Origin: a virus
Taxonomy: Duplodnaviria; Caudoviricetes
Strand: one strand, 5' to 3'
Virus record (IMG/VR): IMGVR_UViG_3300017689_000002
Location: 4,093 to 68,092 of that record
DNA: 64,000 nucleotides
Shown piece by piece: positions 9,293-18,267 of the stretch (its first letter is position 1; each line of letters starts with the position of its first letter). The notes under the pieces are model-generated. The model worked only from the letters and a program-made list of their open reading frames with translations, did no database searches and had not been told where the DNA came from. Position numbers and translations under genes: made by a program.

Positions 9293-9789
9293 TAGAAACT
9301 GGGCCTACCTTCTTGAAGAGTGTCGAACTCGTAACCTTTACCGGTCAGATATGTGATACTGTCTTGGTCTTCGAGCCAGACCTTGCTGATACCCTTTCTG
9401 TACCACCCAGTGGGATATACGAAGGGTCGGACTTTAAGTTCCTCGTTTGCCTCGGCGGGAACGTCCTTCTCGAAGTCCAGCTGGTTCTGCTCCTCCTCGA
9501 CGAGCGCGCTCAGGAGCAACAGGTAGTTGAGGTGATCGCCCAGCTTCTCAGTCCACATCTCAGGACTCGCGAGCTCGGGCTGTCGGATGAGATCGTAGAC
9601 CGAGACCGTGTGCTTGGCCATCATACCACCAAGAGCCTCCCGGGGCGTGATTCCCTGGAGCTTAGCCGCCACCTGAAAGTTATGCAGACGGTCACCATCA
9701 GTGGCATATTCGCCCGCCTTCTTGATGAGCGTAGCCTTGCAGGACTCGATTCGAGCCTCGATGTTGCGGTTGAAGTTGTTGCTGTCCAT
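9292..9789 (-). CDS. All-alpha nucleotide pyrophosphatase-like (MazG/DUF1599-type) protein
   Basis: KKAGEYA...DRLHNF...GMMAKH...EKLGDHLNYLLLL pattern. Confidence 0.55.
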   Translation of the reverse strand: MDSNNFNRNIEARIESCKATLIKKAGEYATDGDRLHNFQVAAKLQGITPREALGGMMAKHTVSVYDLIRQPELASPEMWTEKLGDHLNYLLLLSALVEEEQNQLDFEKDVPAEANEELKVRPFVYPTGWYRKGISKVWLEDQDSITYLTGKGYEFDTLQEGRPSF

Positions 9790-9800
9790 CAGATTTCTCC

Positions 9801-11931
9801 TTAGTCTTTGAGGGGTTCGGTCGAGATCAGCGCGTAGCCGTAGTCTTCGACATATCTACCAAATCCTTCGCGCTTGTCTTTGGGCTGAATGAACGGACGC
9901 TCTTTGAACATCTCCTCGCGAGCTCCCTCGAGGGTAGCGTGTAGTGACATGAGGGTGGGCGTCGAGTGATACGAGTCAGCGTTGAGCGACCAGAGTACAT
10001 AGATCAGGGTTTCCATCAGATTTCTCCTTATTCGTCGTAGTTCTTAGGACGCAGCCGTACGTCTTTAGATATCGTTAGGGTGTATTGATCAGGGTTGTAA
10101 ATGTCCATAGGTTCCGGATCCGTGTGCCACTCCTCGAGAATATACAAGGGAGCGAGCTCTTTGAACTTTTCCAGAGAACCCCCGAAGAGGCTGAGGATAT
10201 ACTCGTCGACCTGAGCCGCTAAGTCTCTCTCAGCCTCTTCGATGGCCTTGTGCAGGTAGAACTCGATCTTGTCCATCAGTGGTCCTGGAGGTGGTATTCC
10301 TTCACCTCGTAGGATCCGTCTTCCAGTCGACGAGCGATGATCTCCCACGTGCTGCAGTGCAGGGTGATGTCCATTCGCAGCCACCCCCGGTAGATGGGCA
10401 TGTCGTCACTGCGTTCCTCGGGCTCGGTGTTGAGCCACTTACTGACAGCAGCCTGGTGTTCTTCGTACGGCCCCCACTCCACCGGGTTGGCGCAGCTGTT
10501 GGACAGCAGGACGTCGAGGGTGAGAGGCGTGTGTTCCTGGTTGAGTTCGGCGATCTCAGTCATCATTTTTCTCCTTAGAAGTCTGCGGAATACTTGTAGT
10601 GTACGTTGGCAAGACCTACCTGATCTCTATCGACAAAAGCACAATGCTTGTCGAAGAACTCCATGATCTTGTTGTAGTTGACCATATTACCGCTGTAATT
10701 ACGGACACCCTCTTCGAAGTTGAGTCGAACGCTAGTGCGCTCCCAGACAGCGGCAGCGACCCAGAAGGTGACAGCATCTTCAAGAGCGACCATATCTCCG
10801 GTCTGAGTGTACTTGCGCCCAAAATTGTAAAGCGCGTGGACGTCATCGAAGTCGAGCATCGGTTTTCTCCTTAGTTGAAAGCGGCGCCGTTTTGGACGTT
10901 GCGAACCGTGATGTTATCGCCCGTGAAGAGAGCTGCATCGTCCGGTGTCATGCACCATGCGATGATGGTGTTTCCGCGGTAGATAGCATAGCCGTGCCGA
11001 CCACAAGCGGACATGTCAATCTTTTCCATTAGTATTTCTCTCCCGTGATGATGGGCCAGAGACCCGAGATGCGGAACGCGTCGTTGCCTACGCGAATGGT
11101 GTCTGACCTACCACTACCGTTTTGGACATTAAGGTGGCATTTCTTGTGATAATAGCGATAGGTTCGATCAACCTTCACTTTCACCATGTTTTTGTCAGAC
11201 ATGACATGTCCGCAGTGATTGCAGTGCTGTCCCGAATTAGCCATCAGTTTGCCTCTCTGACTTCGAACTTACGGTCGGGGTACTGGACTGCCCAGTCGGC
11301 TTGCATACGCTCCAGGCGCTCCTTGTTACGGGAATACATAGCGACTTTGCCTTCGGGGGTAACGAGCTTGTACATCAGATGTTCTCCATTTTCTGTTTGA
11401 CCGTGTCCTTTTTGATCTCGTCCTCAAACCACTCGACTCTAGCACGAAGCTGGTCCGAGATAATATCCAAAGTGCGAACGTCTCGACGAAGGGTCTGGAG
11501 ACCCGCCCAAAATCCTTGTCGAAGACGGGCCTTATCGATGAACTCGTCCATGAGTGCAATGTTGATTGCGACCTCATCCAGGACCTCCGGCGAGAGCGTC
11601 TGAGCGTACTTGTAACCGAGAGCATTCATGTCCATGACCTCTTCGAGCGTTGCCTTGATCATCAGTTCTCCTTGAGAAGTTCGGAGAACCAAGCGTGGTC
11701 CTCGAGTTTACCATTGCAGTGCTCGCAGATTGCGCCACGAGCCAGGGGCATATCAAACGCACCATCACATGCCTCTACGGGCGGTTGATAGTGCGCATCC
11801 ATTTCCTCTTGCGAATTTGGCTGAAAGCCGCATTTGCATTCCATCCAGGAACCAAATGCGAAAGAGACATAGCTCCAACCATGATACTTTGGATCATTCT
11901 TGGCGAAAACTTCAGCCACAACAGTGTTCAT
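9801..11931 (-). other. Run of about eight small hypothetical genes (9801-10016, 10028-10276, 10276-10566, 10575-10859, 10871-11029, 11029-11244, 11375-11662, 11662-11931)
   Basis: Tightly packed minus-strand ORFs, most with AAGGAGAAA-type SD; no recognisable family. Confidence 0.6.
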
Positions 11932-12125
11932 CAGTTATCCTCCTGGTGCGAAACAGCCTTTGCGATGGTAGTTGCGACGAGCCCATTTACGAGCGTCAGG
12001 ACTACGACCGCTGTGAGGATCTCACGCTTATTCAGTCGAATCCCCTCCTCAACGACGGTGGTCTTGTTCTTGTTCGGTTCAGCGTCAACCATCTTGAGCT
12101 CCAGTTTCTTGTTCTTAAACAGCAT
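11931..12125 (-). CDS. Small single-TM protein of the promoter-cassette array
   Basis: SD AAAGGAG; MLFKNKK start; C-terminal TM. Confidence 0.6.
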   Translation of the reverse strand: MLFKNKKLELKMVDAEPNKNKTTVVEEGIRLNKREILTAVVVLTLVNGLVATTIAKAVSHQEDN

Positions 12126-12191
12126 GGTGTCTCTCCTTTGCAATCGAGCAAAAGATAAAGGCCGTGTGAGGGTCTTATCTTTTTGTTGTAA

Positions 12192-12392
12192 TTAGTCTTC
12201 GGGGTCGGTGTCTTCTTCGTCGGACCAGCTGTCCAGAGCGGTCTTGATGACGTGACCGAGGACTGCGACAGTCAATCCGCCGACAACTGTGAAGACCGTT
12301 TTGGTCAGCAGTTGCTTGCGAAGAATCTTGTTCAGTCGGACGATCTCTTCATCAGAGGCGTTCAGGATGGTGGTGGTTTCGTTGATGTCCAT
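12192..12392 (-). CDS. Small single-TM protein of the promoter-cassette array
   Basis: SD AAGGAG; preceded by promoter motif at 12420. Confidence 0.65.
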   Translation of the reverse strand: MDINETTTILNASDEEIVRLNKILRKQLLTKTVFTVVGGLTVAVLGHVIKTALDSWSDEEDTDPED

Positions 12393-12423
12393 TTTATCTC
12401 CTTAGTTGAGGTTATTACTTCTA

Positions 12424-12546
12424 CTATAGGGCTTGTAATTCTTGCGAGGCTGAGCTCTCTTCGCAGGTTCGAATCGGGGCGTGATTTACACCACAATCCG
12501 GGCACTTGACAACGATAAAAGCGGCGGGAATTTTCAGATCATACAT
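12424..12546 (-). CDS. 40-aa Zn-finger-like peptide (not in ORF track)
   Basis: SD AAGGAG; MYDLKIPAAFIVVKCPDCGVNHAPIRTCEESSASQELQAL. Confidence 0.5.
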   Translation of the reverse strand: MYDLKIPAAFIVVKCPDCGVNHAPIRTCEESSASQELQAL

Positions 12547-12607
12547 GATGTATCTCCTTAGTAAGAAAACTAAAAGACCGTGTGAGGGTCTAGTAGTTTT
12601 GTTGGTA

Positions 12608-12808
12608 TTAGTCTTGGTTGAGGGTGCTGGCGAGGAACTTCTCGGCGAGGCCTTCGCTCACGATGAACTCGTCACGCTGGTTGAGGAGGGCTCCGTAGAC
12701 GACGCTGGAAATCACAGTGGAAACTGTAACGCCGGCGACGTACGCGAAACCGACCTTGTGGGCGGCGACGAAGTTAACGGGGGCTTTGGCGATCTTCTTG
12801 ATGTCCAT
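12608..12808 (-). CDS. Small single-TM protein of the promoter-cassette array
   Basis: True start MDIKKIAK after SD AAGGAG; the 229-aa track ORF is a read-through artefact. Confidence 0.65.
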   Translation of the reverse strand: MDIKKIAKAPVNFVAAHKVGFAYVAGVTVSTVISSVVYGALLNQRDEFIVSEGLAEKFLASTLNQD

Positions 12809-12864
12809 GATGTGCTCCTTAGTTAGGGTTAATACTTCTATTAAGAGGCTTGTAATTCTTGCGA

Positions 12865-12962
12865 GACACAAAGAAAACAAGAAGGATTGCGAATGATAAT
12901 TGGCAATGTTGACTAGCTTGTTACGGCTATGGGCTTCTTGTTTTAATGGGAAGATTAGATCT
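12865..12962 (-). ncRNA. Candidate structured ncRNA A
   Basis: No ORF or SD; directly after promoter motif 12965-12992; perfect 11-bp closing stem 12874-12884/12934-12944 with two inner hairpins. Confidence 0.45.
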
Positions 12963-13032
12963 TCTTCATTACAGTGTGAGTAAATCCTGCGAGCAAAACT
13001 TAAAGTCCTTGTGGGGACTCTAAGCCTTGAAC

Positions 13033-13239
13033 TTACTTCTCTTCCTGGATGGTGGTGTTCTTCTTGGCAGCACGCTTGGTGCGACGGTCCGAATACTTCT
13101 CGTAGGCGATTCCGATCAGCATCATACCGCCGAACGCTCCGGCCGTGGAAACGACGGAGAGCGCGAGGGTCTTTGCGATCTGAACGCCAAACGAGTCTTC
13201 GGTGGCGTCGATGTCGTTGGTGATGTCTTCGATGTCCAT
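13033..13239 (-). CDS. Small single-TM protein of the promoter-cassette array
   Basis: SD AAGGAG; promoter motif at 13266. Confidence 0.65.
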   Translation of the reverse strand: MDIEDITNDIDATEDSFGVQIAKTLALSVVSTAGAFGGMMLIGIAYEKYSDRRTKRAAKKNTTIQEEK

Positions 13240-13330
13240 GATTTCTCCTTGGGTTAGTTGGGGGGTTCATTATAGGCCTTGTAAATCCTGCGAGCAAAAA
13301 TTTAAAGGAGAGTAAACTTCGCGGTTACTT

Positions 13331-13428
13331 GCATTCAGATAGTGGGGTTTGCACCTAATGATCTAGTCATCACGACCTAGCATTTGTCAAGCAAATGTGT
13401 GGGGTCTCTTAAGGGTATCTGAATACTC
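13331..13428 (-). ncRNA. Candidate structured ncRNA B (multi-branch)
   Basis: No ORF or SD; directly after promoter motif 13432-13459; 11-bp closing stem 13416-13426/13331-13341 enclosing three hairpins, one with a GCAA tetraloop. Confidence 0.55.
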
Positions 13429-13500
13429 TTCTTCATTATAGGCCTTGTAAATTCTGCGAGCAAAAGAGAAAGTCCGTGTTAGGGACCTCTCTTTTGTTCC

Positions 13501-13746
13501 TTAGAAATTAAGGGTGATGTCTTTGAATTTGATGTCGGTGAATACTCGATCCGAGTGCTTCTTCAGCACGTCGATGGGCATGTCTTCGAGAGCACCCAGG
13601 TAAGCTTTCGACATGTAATCGAAGCTGGCCTCCTTGTTGCGGATGCGGGCTTTGAGTTTGTCGATGTAGATTGACTGGGCACAAGCGACGATGATGCTTG
13701 TGGCGGCTGAACCAGCGAGGATGAGGATACGGGTTTTGTCGTCCAT
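13501..13746 (-). CDS. Small protein with N-terminal TM, promoter-cassette array
   Basis: Start MDDKTRI after SD AAGGAG; promoter at 13771. Confidence 0.65.
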   Translation of the reverse strand: MDDKTRILILAGSAATSIIVACAQSIYIDKLKARIRNKEASFDYMSKAYLGALEDMPIDVLKKHSDRVFTDIKFKDITLNF

Positions 13747-13831
13747 GATTATCTCCTTGGTTTGGTGGGGTTCATTATAAGCCTTGTAAATCTTGCGAAC
13801 AAAAGAGAAAGGCCTTGTGGGCCTCACTCCT

Positions 13832-14086
13832 TTAAACTGTTACAGAACTGAGTAGTTCCATGTCTTCGGCGGTCAGAGTTACTTCCTCCGTTTTCGTGTT
13901 GACAATGGCGTAAAGGCGTTCGATCTTGCAGGTATAATATTGACCGGGCTTTATGGGCAACTCGGGATCATCGAAATGTCCGAGCCATTTGTAGCCACGA
14001 TCTCTTAGTCCTTGCAGGATCTGGCTCGCTTTGTGTACGCCACCGTCTGAGAGTTCGGGGAAGGAAAGCTGAATTCGTTGATTCAT
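13832..14086 (-). CDS. Small soluble hypothetical protein, promoter-cassette array
   Basis: SD GAAAGG; promoter at 14107. Confidence 0.65.
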   Translation of the reverse strand: MNQRIQLSFPELSDGGVHKASQILQGLRDRGYKWLGHFDDPELPIKPGQYYTCKIERLYAIVNTKTEEVTLTAEDMELLSSVTV

Positions 14087-14211
14087 GGTTTACCTTTCTT
14101 TTGGGGTTCATTATAAGCGCTGTAATTTGTGCGAACAATTTTTTAAAGCGTTGTAAAACTAAAAGCCTTTGTGGGGCTGTTAGTTTTTGTGGAACTTGTA
14201 CTGGGGTTTTA

Positions 14212-14340
14212 TTACTTCATGATCTTGTTGCAGATGGCCTGGTTGGCGTCGTTGATCATCACGGGCACGGATTTGACTGCCGTGGAGGCGATGAAGACGG
14301 CGACCATGGGGACAGCTTTGACAGTGTTGATGATGTTCAT
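14212..14340 (-). CDS. 42-aa hydrophobic peptide (not in ORF track)
   Basis: SD AAGGAG; MNIINTVKAVPMVAVFIASTAVKSVPVMINDANQAICNKIMK; promoter at 14367. Confidence 0.55.
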   Translation of the reverse strand: MNIINTVKAVPMVAVFIASTAVKSVPVMINDANQAICNKIMK

Positions 14341-14432
14341 TGTGTTCTCCTTAGTAGTGGGTTTCTTCTATTATAAGCCTTGTGATTTCTGCGAAGAAAG
14401 AAGGAGTACGTGTTAGGTACTCGATCTTTTGA

Positions 14433-14639
14433 CTACGCCTTGTGAGGGTCCAAAGTCATGTACATGGTGAAACCTTTGCGGTGGACGTTGTAGTCGTAGG
14501 AACCGGGTTCGACGGTGTGGTTGATACCACCAACCGATTTGAGCAACTTTGCGAGTGCTTTCTGGCGGATGGAGGTACCGTACATGTCGTAACGGTCTTC
14601 GGTGACTACAACGAGCAGGGGCTTGGTCTTCTTGAACAT
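14433..14639 (-). CDS. Small hypothetical protein, promoter-cassette array
   Basis: Start MFKKTKP after SD GAAAGGA; promoter at 14662. Confidence 0.6.
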   Translation of the reverse strand: MFKKTKPLLVVVTEDRYDMYGTSIRQKALAKLLKSVGGINHTVEPGSYDYNVHRKGFTMYMTLDPHKA

Positions 14640-14794
14640 GGGTGTTCCTTTCGTTGTGGGGGTCATTATATAGTGTGTAATTCTTGCGAACAATTTTTTA
14701 AAGCGTTGTAAAATAGGAGTACCTGTGATTTCGCTTTGTGGGCGGGTCACAGGTACTCCTATTTTGATTACGTCTTTGTTGGTTGTTGCGTGGG

Positions 14795-15085
14795 CTACTT
14801 GCCTTTGCCGACGAAACTCAGTGCTTTGGTCACAATCACTTCACCGCTCTTCTCGAACACGAGGATTGCCGCGATTCCGATGAGGTTGCTTGCTGGCTGG
14901 AGCAGATCGACCATCCCCACTCGACGCTTCTCCTGGGTAGGAGGGAGCATCTTGTGGAGGCGTTCGATCTGCTCGAGGTGCAGAACATAGTCTTCGGAAC
15001 CGACGACGAATCCGCGGAGCTCTTCGATGAGTTCGGCGATTGCGGTCTTAAGTTGGGTCTCGTGTGCGTTGGTTTTAGTAAACAT
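14795..15085 (-). CDS. Small protein with C-terminal hydrophobic segment, first gene of the array
   Basis: SD GAAAGGAG; promoter at 15109. Confidence 0.65.
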   Translation of the reverse strand: MFTKTNAHETQLKTAIAELIEELRGFVVGSEDYVLHLEQIERLHKMLPPTQEKRRVGMVDLLQPASNLIGIAAILVFEKSGEVIVTKALSFVGKGK

Positions 15086-15127
15086 ACGGGTCTCCTTTCA
15101 AGAGGGTTCTCATTATAGCCCGTGTGA

Positions 15128-15493
15128 TTACTGCGAGGCTCCCGTATTGGTCACCTTGAACACCATAGTACCCTTGTCCTTGACCGACTCCAGATCGTTC
15201 TCCAGAACCAGCTTCAAAGAGTCGCCATCCTCGGAGGGAGTGACGAGAACTTCGCCGTCAATACCCTTTTCGGACCTCTTGTAGTTACTCTTGCTCACCT
15301 TGACCGTAACACCCAGGAATACGGAGACGGCCGCGATAATACCAACGACCTCTTCCGCGTAGGGAAGCCCTACGATCTGTGAAATGGTGAAGTACAGCGT
15401 GCCCAAAGCCGGCAGGTAGACCAATGCGGCATTGCGGAACGCGTCGTAGGTCACAGGGCCCAGGGTAGGACTAGTCTTGCTGTGGTCGGACAT
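15128..15493 (-). CDS. Holin (Dp-1-type) at end of tail operon
   Basis: Start MSDHSK after SD GGAGG; two TMs, VYLPALGTLYFTISQIVGLPYAEEVVGIIAAVSVFLG..KVSKSNY. Confidence 0.7.
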   Translation of the reverse strand: MSDHSKTSPTLGPVTYDAFRNAALVYLPALGTLYFTISQIVGLPYAEEVVGIIAAVSVFLGVTVKVSKSNYKRSEKGIDGEVLVTPSEDGDSLKLVLENDLESVKDKGTMVFKVTNTGASQ

Positions 15494-15656
15494 ATACTGC
15501 CTCCGTGTCGGGTGTATTGTAATCGATTCCGGTGATCTCAGTGAATTCATCTGCCGTGATCCACTTTTTCAGGACAGCATTACGAAGTCTAGTCTCGTTC
15601 CAGAGGCTATTCTCCCAGTAATACTTGACCTGCTCATATTTAGGGCTGTGTTCCAT
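15471..15656 (-). CDS. XkdX-like small protein
   Basis: YEQVKYYWENSLW...AVLKKWITADEFTEITG; position after tail fibre genes. Confidence 0.6.
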   Translation of the reverse strand: MEHSPKYEQVKYYWENSLWNETRLRNAVLKKWITADEFTEITGIDYNTPDTEAVYVRPQQD

Positions 15657-15964
15657 TAGAGCTCCACATCTGCCATCATAGCGAGATACTCGATGTTGGC
15701 CTTCATGTTCTCGATTTCCCAGTTAACCTCTGGAGTTTCCTCGAAAGCGTACCAGAACTCGCCGTCTTCCCCAGATGGCTTCTTGACAAACCTAACGTTA
15801 GTAAGTTCCTGCGTTACTGCGTTGTTAGTCACGAACACCTGGGTCTGCGGACCTCGAACATCACTGAGATCGAGTTCCACGTCTGAGATATACAGAGTGA
15901 GGTTCTTAGTCAGTCTGTCGAAGTTGACACCATTGAGAAAGGTAATGTTATAGATATCATCCAT
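15656..15964 (-). CDS. Tail-tip accessory hypothetical protein
   Basis: 102 aa ending NIEYLAMMADVEL, between fibre and XkdX-like gene. Confidence 0.55.
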   Translation of the reverse strand: MDDIYNITFLNGVNFDRLTKNLTLYISDVELDLSDVRGPQTQVFVTNNAVTQELTNVRFVKKPSGEDGEFWYAFEETPEVNWEIENMKANIEYLAMMADVEL

Positions 15965-15980
15965 CGGGTTGCCTTCTTTC

Positions 15981-17174
15981 TTAGATGATACAGGCGACAG
16001 CTCGGACGCCTAGAATGGCCGTAACGTTACCTTCGTTCTGAACTGACTGGAACGGTGTACCGACGTAAGCGGCCTTACCGGTCTTAACCAAGTCGCGAAG
16101 CCACGATCCAGGTCCAGCTGCAGCACGAATATACTCAGGGGCCAAACGGAACAATGCCAACTGAGTAGCACCATCAGTCTGCGTCGTCTTGTAATATGTC
16201 TGACCAAACATCATCAGACCAGAAGCAACATGGGCAGTAGCAGTGTACCAACCGACGTTGGACGGAGAGCCATCACTGGTAACACCGTTGACGTAAATGG
16301 TCTTGATGGGGTATACGTGCGAGCTACCAAATGCCGTCTTCACCAACGGTCCCACATTGTTGGTGACTTCCTTATCAATAGCCGTAGTAACATAACCAGA
16401 GTCGGTGACGTTACCAGCATTCCACTGGCAAGAAGTGACGTTTGTATCAGACACAACAACCAGGTGGGGTTTGGTGTTGTTTGGGTTACCCGAGTTGATG
16501 TAATAGTTAATATCAGCGATACGGTAGTTGACGCTGTTGATGCGCCAGTAGTCACCAATATACAGATCTTCGAACGTCTGGTTTGCAATCGCAGCACTTT
16601 GTGCAGCAGTAACCGCAGTACCCAGGTACTTACCACGGAAGACGTTACGGTGCATAACCGAGGGATCCGTGCTTGGGTTAAGCAGTCGGCTAGCAGCGTA
16701 AGGAGTTGCCGCAGTACCGATCATCTTTGTGAGGTTAGCTGCTACGATAGCGTTGTTGTTAGCCGTACGAGCCACGTAATATAGCGCATACTGCTTTACT
16801 GTAGCTGTTGAGACGAGAGTGGGTCGCTGAGGGCTGGTGCCTGCTGTACCACGCTGATAGAAAATACGGTTAGCCCGAACTGACTCTGAGCTGTCCATTT
16901 CTAGGATGATAGCATCAATACGAGGATTAGCAGCATCTGCAGCATCCGCTGTAATCGACACTTCAGCGTCGTTGTATGTCCATGTCTGCTTGAACCAGCT
17001 ACGTCCAGTCCCCAAAATAAGGTTCTGGGTACCGTTAGCAGTTACACGAAACTCGTTACCAAATCCCGAGATGATGCCCTCATCAAGGACGGCATCAAAC
17101 ATACGTGCAAAGTCAACTGCGTCATACTTTCTATCCCCAGATACGGAGTTGTAGAATCCATATTGGACGGTCAT
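15981..17174 (-). CDS. Baseplate or receptor-binding minor tail protein
   Basis: N-terminal GFYNSVSGDRKYDA baseplate-type segment; C-terminal GDYW..YRIADINYY domain; position. Confidence 0.7.
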   Translation of the reverse strand: MTVQYGFYNSVSGDRKYDAVDFARMFDAVLDEGIISGFGNEFRVTANGTQNLILGTGRSWFKQTWTYNDAEVSITADAADAANPRIDAIILEMDSSESVRANRIFYQRGTAGTSPQRPTLVSTATVKQYALYYVARTANNNAIVAANLTKMIGTAATPYAASRLLNPSTDPSVMHRNVFRGKYLGTAVTAAQSAAIANQTFEDLYIGDYWRINSVNYRIADINYYINSGNPNNTKPHLVVVSDTNVTSCQWNAGNVTDSGYVTTAIDKEVTNNVGPLVKTAFGSSHVYPIKTIYVNGVTSDGSPSNVGWYTATAHVASGLMMFGQTYYKTTQTDGATQLALFRLAPEYIRAAAGPGSWLRDLVKTGKAAYVGTPFQSVQNEGNVTAILGVRAVACII

Positions 17175-17197
17175 GTTTATCCTTTCTATGGGATAGT

Positions 17198-18265
17198 TTA
17201 AGTAGCAGCCAGGGTCGGATATGCTTTCATACCCGTCGGTGTGTAAGCTCTAATGAACTCTACCACGCGAGAGGAAGCACCAGCACCGTACGAGTTTTCC
17301 ATCTGGATAATATCGCCCATCCAGAAATGCGTAAGGTACTTAGCAGAGTCGACGATCTCAATCGAACCATCAAAGGTAGTAACCACACCGTTGTCAGTAA
17401 GGTTTTCGAGTCCCTTTTGCTGAAGTTGTTTCAGATATGTCGCAGCTGGAGTGGTAGCCCCATCCACGGTAGAGGTGATACTCGAGGCATCAGTGTAGAT
17501 CTCTCGTCTGTTTAGACCGCTAGCGGTTCCAGACTTGATGGCGATTTGAGCGAAGCGCTTGTTTGCGTCTTGACCTTCACCACCAACCAAAGTAACAGTC
17601 TTGCGGCCACGAACCGACCTAAGATATGTACTACCACCCATGTTGTCAAAGTCTGGAGAGAACATGACAACCTGACGAACACCCTGGCTATAACTACGAT
17701 CGACGCCTGCGTACAACTTGAACTGGAATACACCAGGAGTCGGCATCAGAATTTGGAAACCAATATCATACGCAGCACAGAGTTCCGAGATTGCCGTGTA
17801 CAAATTAGTACCCAGATATTGAGTATCAATCTGCAAGCTGGTAATCAAGGGATCCGTCGAGTCAATCATCGAAAGGTTGCTGATCTTACGAGTAGAGTCA
17901 GTTGGTGAGATAGCTGCTTCATTGAGCAATCTCTTGACAGCTGTCTGCAAGCTTCCAGAGAGTGTGTAGTACCCCCATAGAATTCGGCGGTCAAGAATAT
18001 ACTCAAGCGATACACCAGTGACTTTGAGTTTAGAACCAGATTCAGCGTCGTCGACGATCTCGATCGTGTCAAGGATCATAACACGGTAATCTTCGTCAGA
18101 TACCAGGTAGTAGTCTTCTTTGTACTTTGAAATATTCGCACGGCTGGCTGCAACATGTAGCTCAAAGTCACCAGCAGATGCATATCGATCTGTCCAGATA
18201 AGAGTATCGTAATCTTCAACAACGTCAACTGCTTGAAAGCTTGTGTTAAGAAGAGTATATGCCAT
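17198..18265 (-). CDS. Baseplate hub / Tal-like minor tail protein (ReqiPepy6 Gp37-like)
   Basis: Y.TLIWTDRY..AGDFELH, RRE.Y.DA, ..GDI.Q.E pattern; follows Dit. Confidence 0.75.
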   Translation of the reverse strand: MAYTLLNTSFQAVDVVEDYDTLIWTDRYASAGDFELHVAASRANISKYKEDYYLVSDEDYRVMILDTIEIVDDAESGSKLKVTGVSLEYILDRRILWGYYTLSGSLQTAVKRLLNEAAISPTDSTRKISNLSMIDSTDPLITSLQIDTQYLGTNLYTAISELCAAYDIGFQILMPTPGVFQFKLYAGVDRSYSQGVRQVVMFSPDFDNMGGSTYLRSVRGRKTVTLVGGEGQDANKRFAQIAIKSGTASGLNRREIYTDASSITSTVDGATTPAATYLKQLQQKGLENLTDNGVVTTFDGSIEIVDSAKYLTHFWMGDIIQMENSYGAGASSRVVEFIRAYTPTGMKAYPTLAAT

Positions 18266-18267
18266 TA

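Larger units (their letters stand above)
12149..14765 (-). terminator. Eight imperfect hairpins with conserved (C/A)ACA(C/A) loops and U-rich 3' arms; probable terminators or processing sites (a ninth at 5003-5028)
   Basis: 12149-12185, 12566-12600, 12999-13024, 13461-13496, 13800-13832, 14155-14187, 14396-14430, 14710-14765. Confidence 0.7.
12420..15136 (-). promoter_or_regulatory. Ten copies of a 28-bp promoter motif TCGCA-N3-W-TYACW-N5-TATAAT-RRN (further copies at 5024-5051 and 46254-46281)
   Basis: Copies at 12420, 12837, 12965, 13266, 13432, 13771, 14107, 14367, 14662, 15109; all minus strand, at or near gene boundaries, fixed 5-nt spacing to a TATAAT-like hexamer. Confidence 0.85.

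Noticed and set aside
12466-12475. GGTTCGAATC, a tRNA T-loop-like sequence
   Set aside because: No acceptor, D or anticodon arms around it; it is the antisense of a 40-aa ORF with a good SD
12608-13297. 229-aa ORF in the track
   Set aside because: Runs through promoters and non-coding slots; only the last 66 codons have an SD and protein-like composition
12149-15136. Repeat array as a CRISPR
   Set aside because: Repeats are degenerate, irregularly spaced and separated by genes; no cas operon (the Cas4-like nuclease is a normal phage gene 30 kb away)
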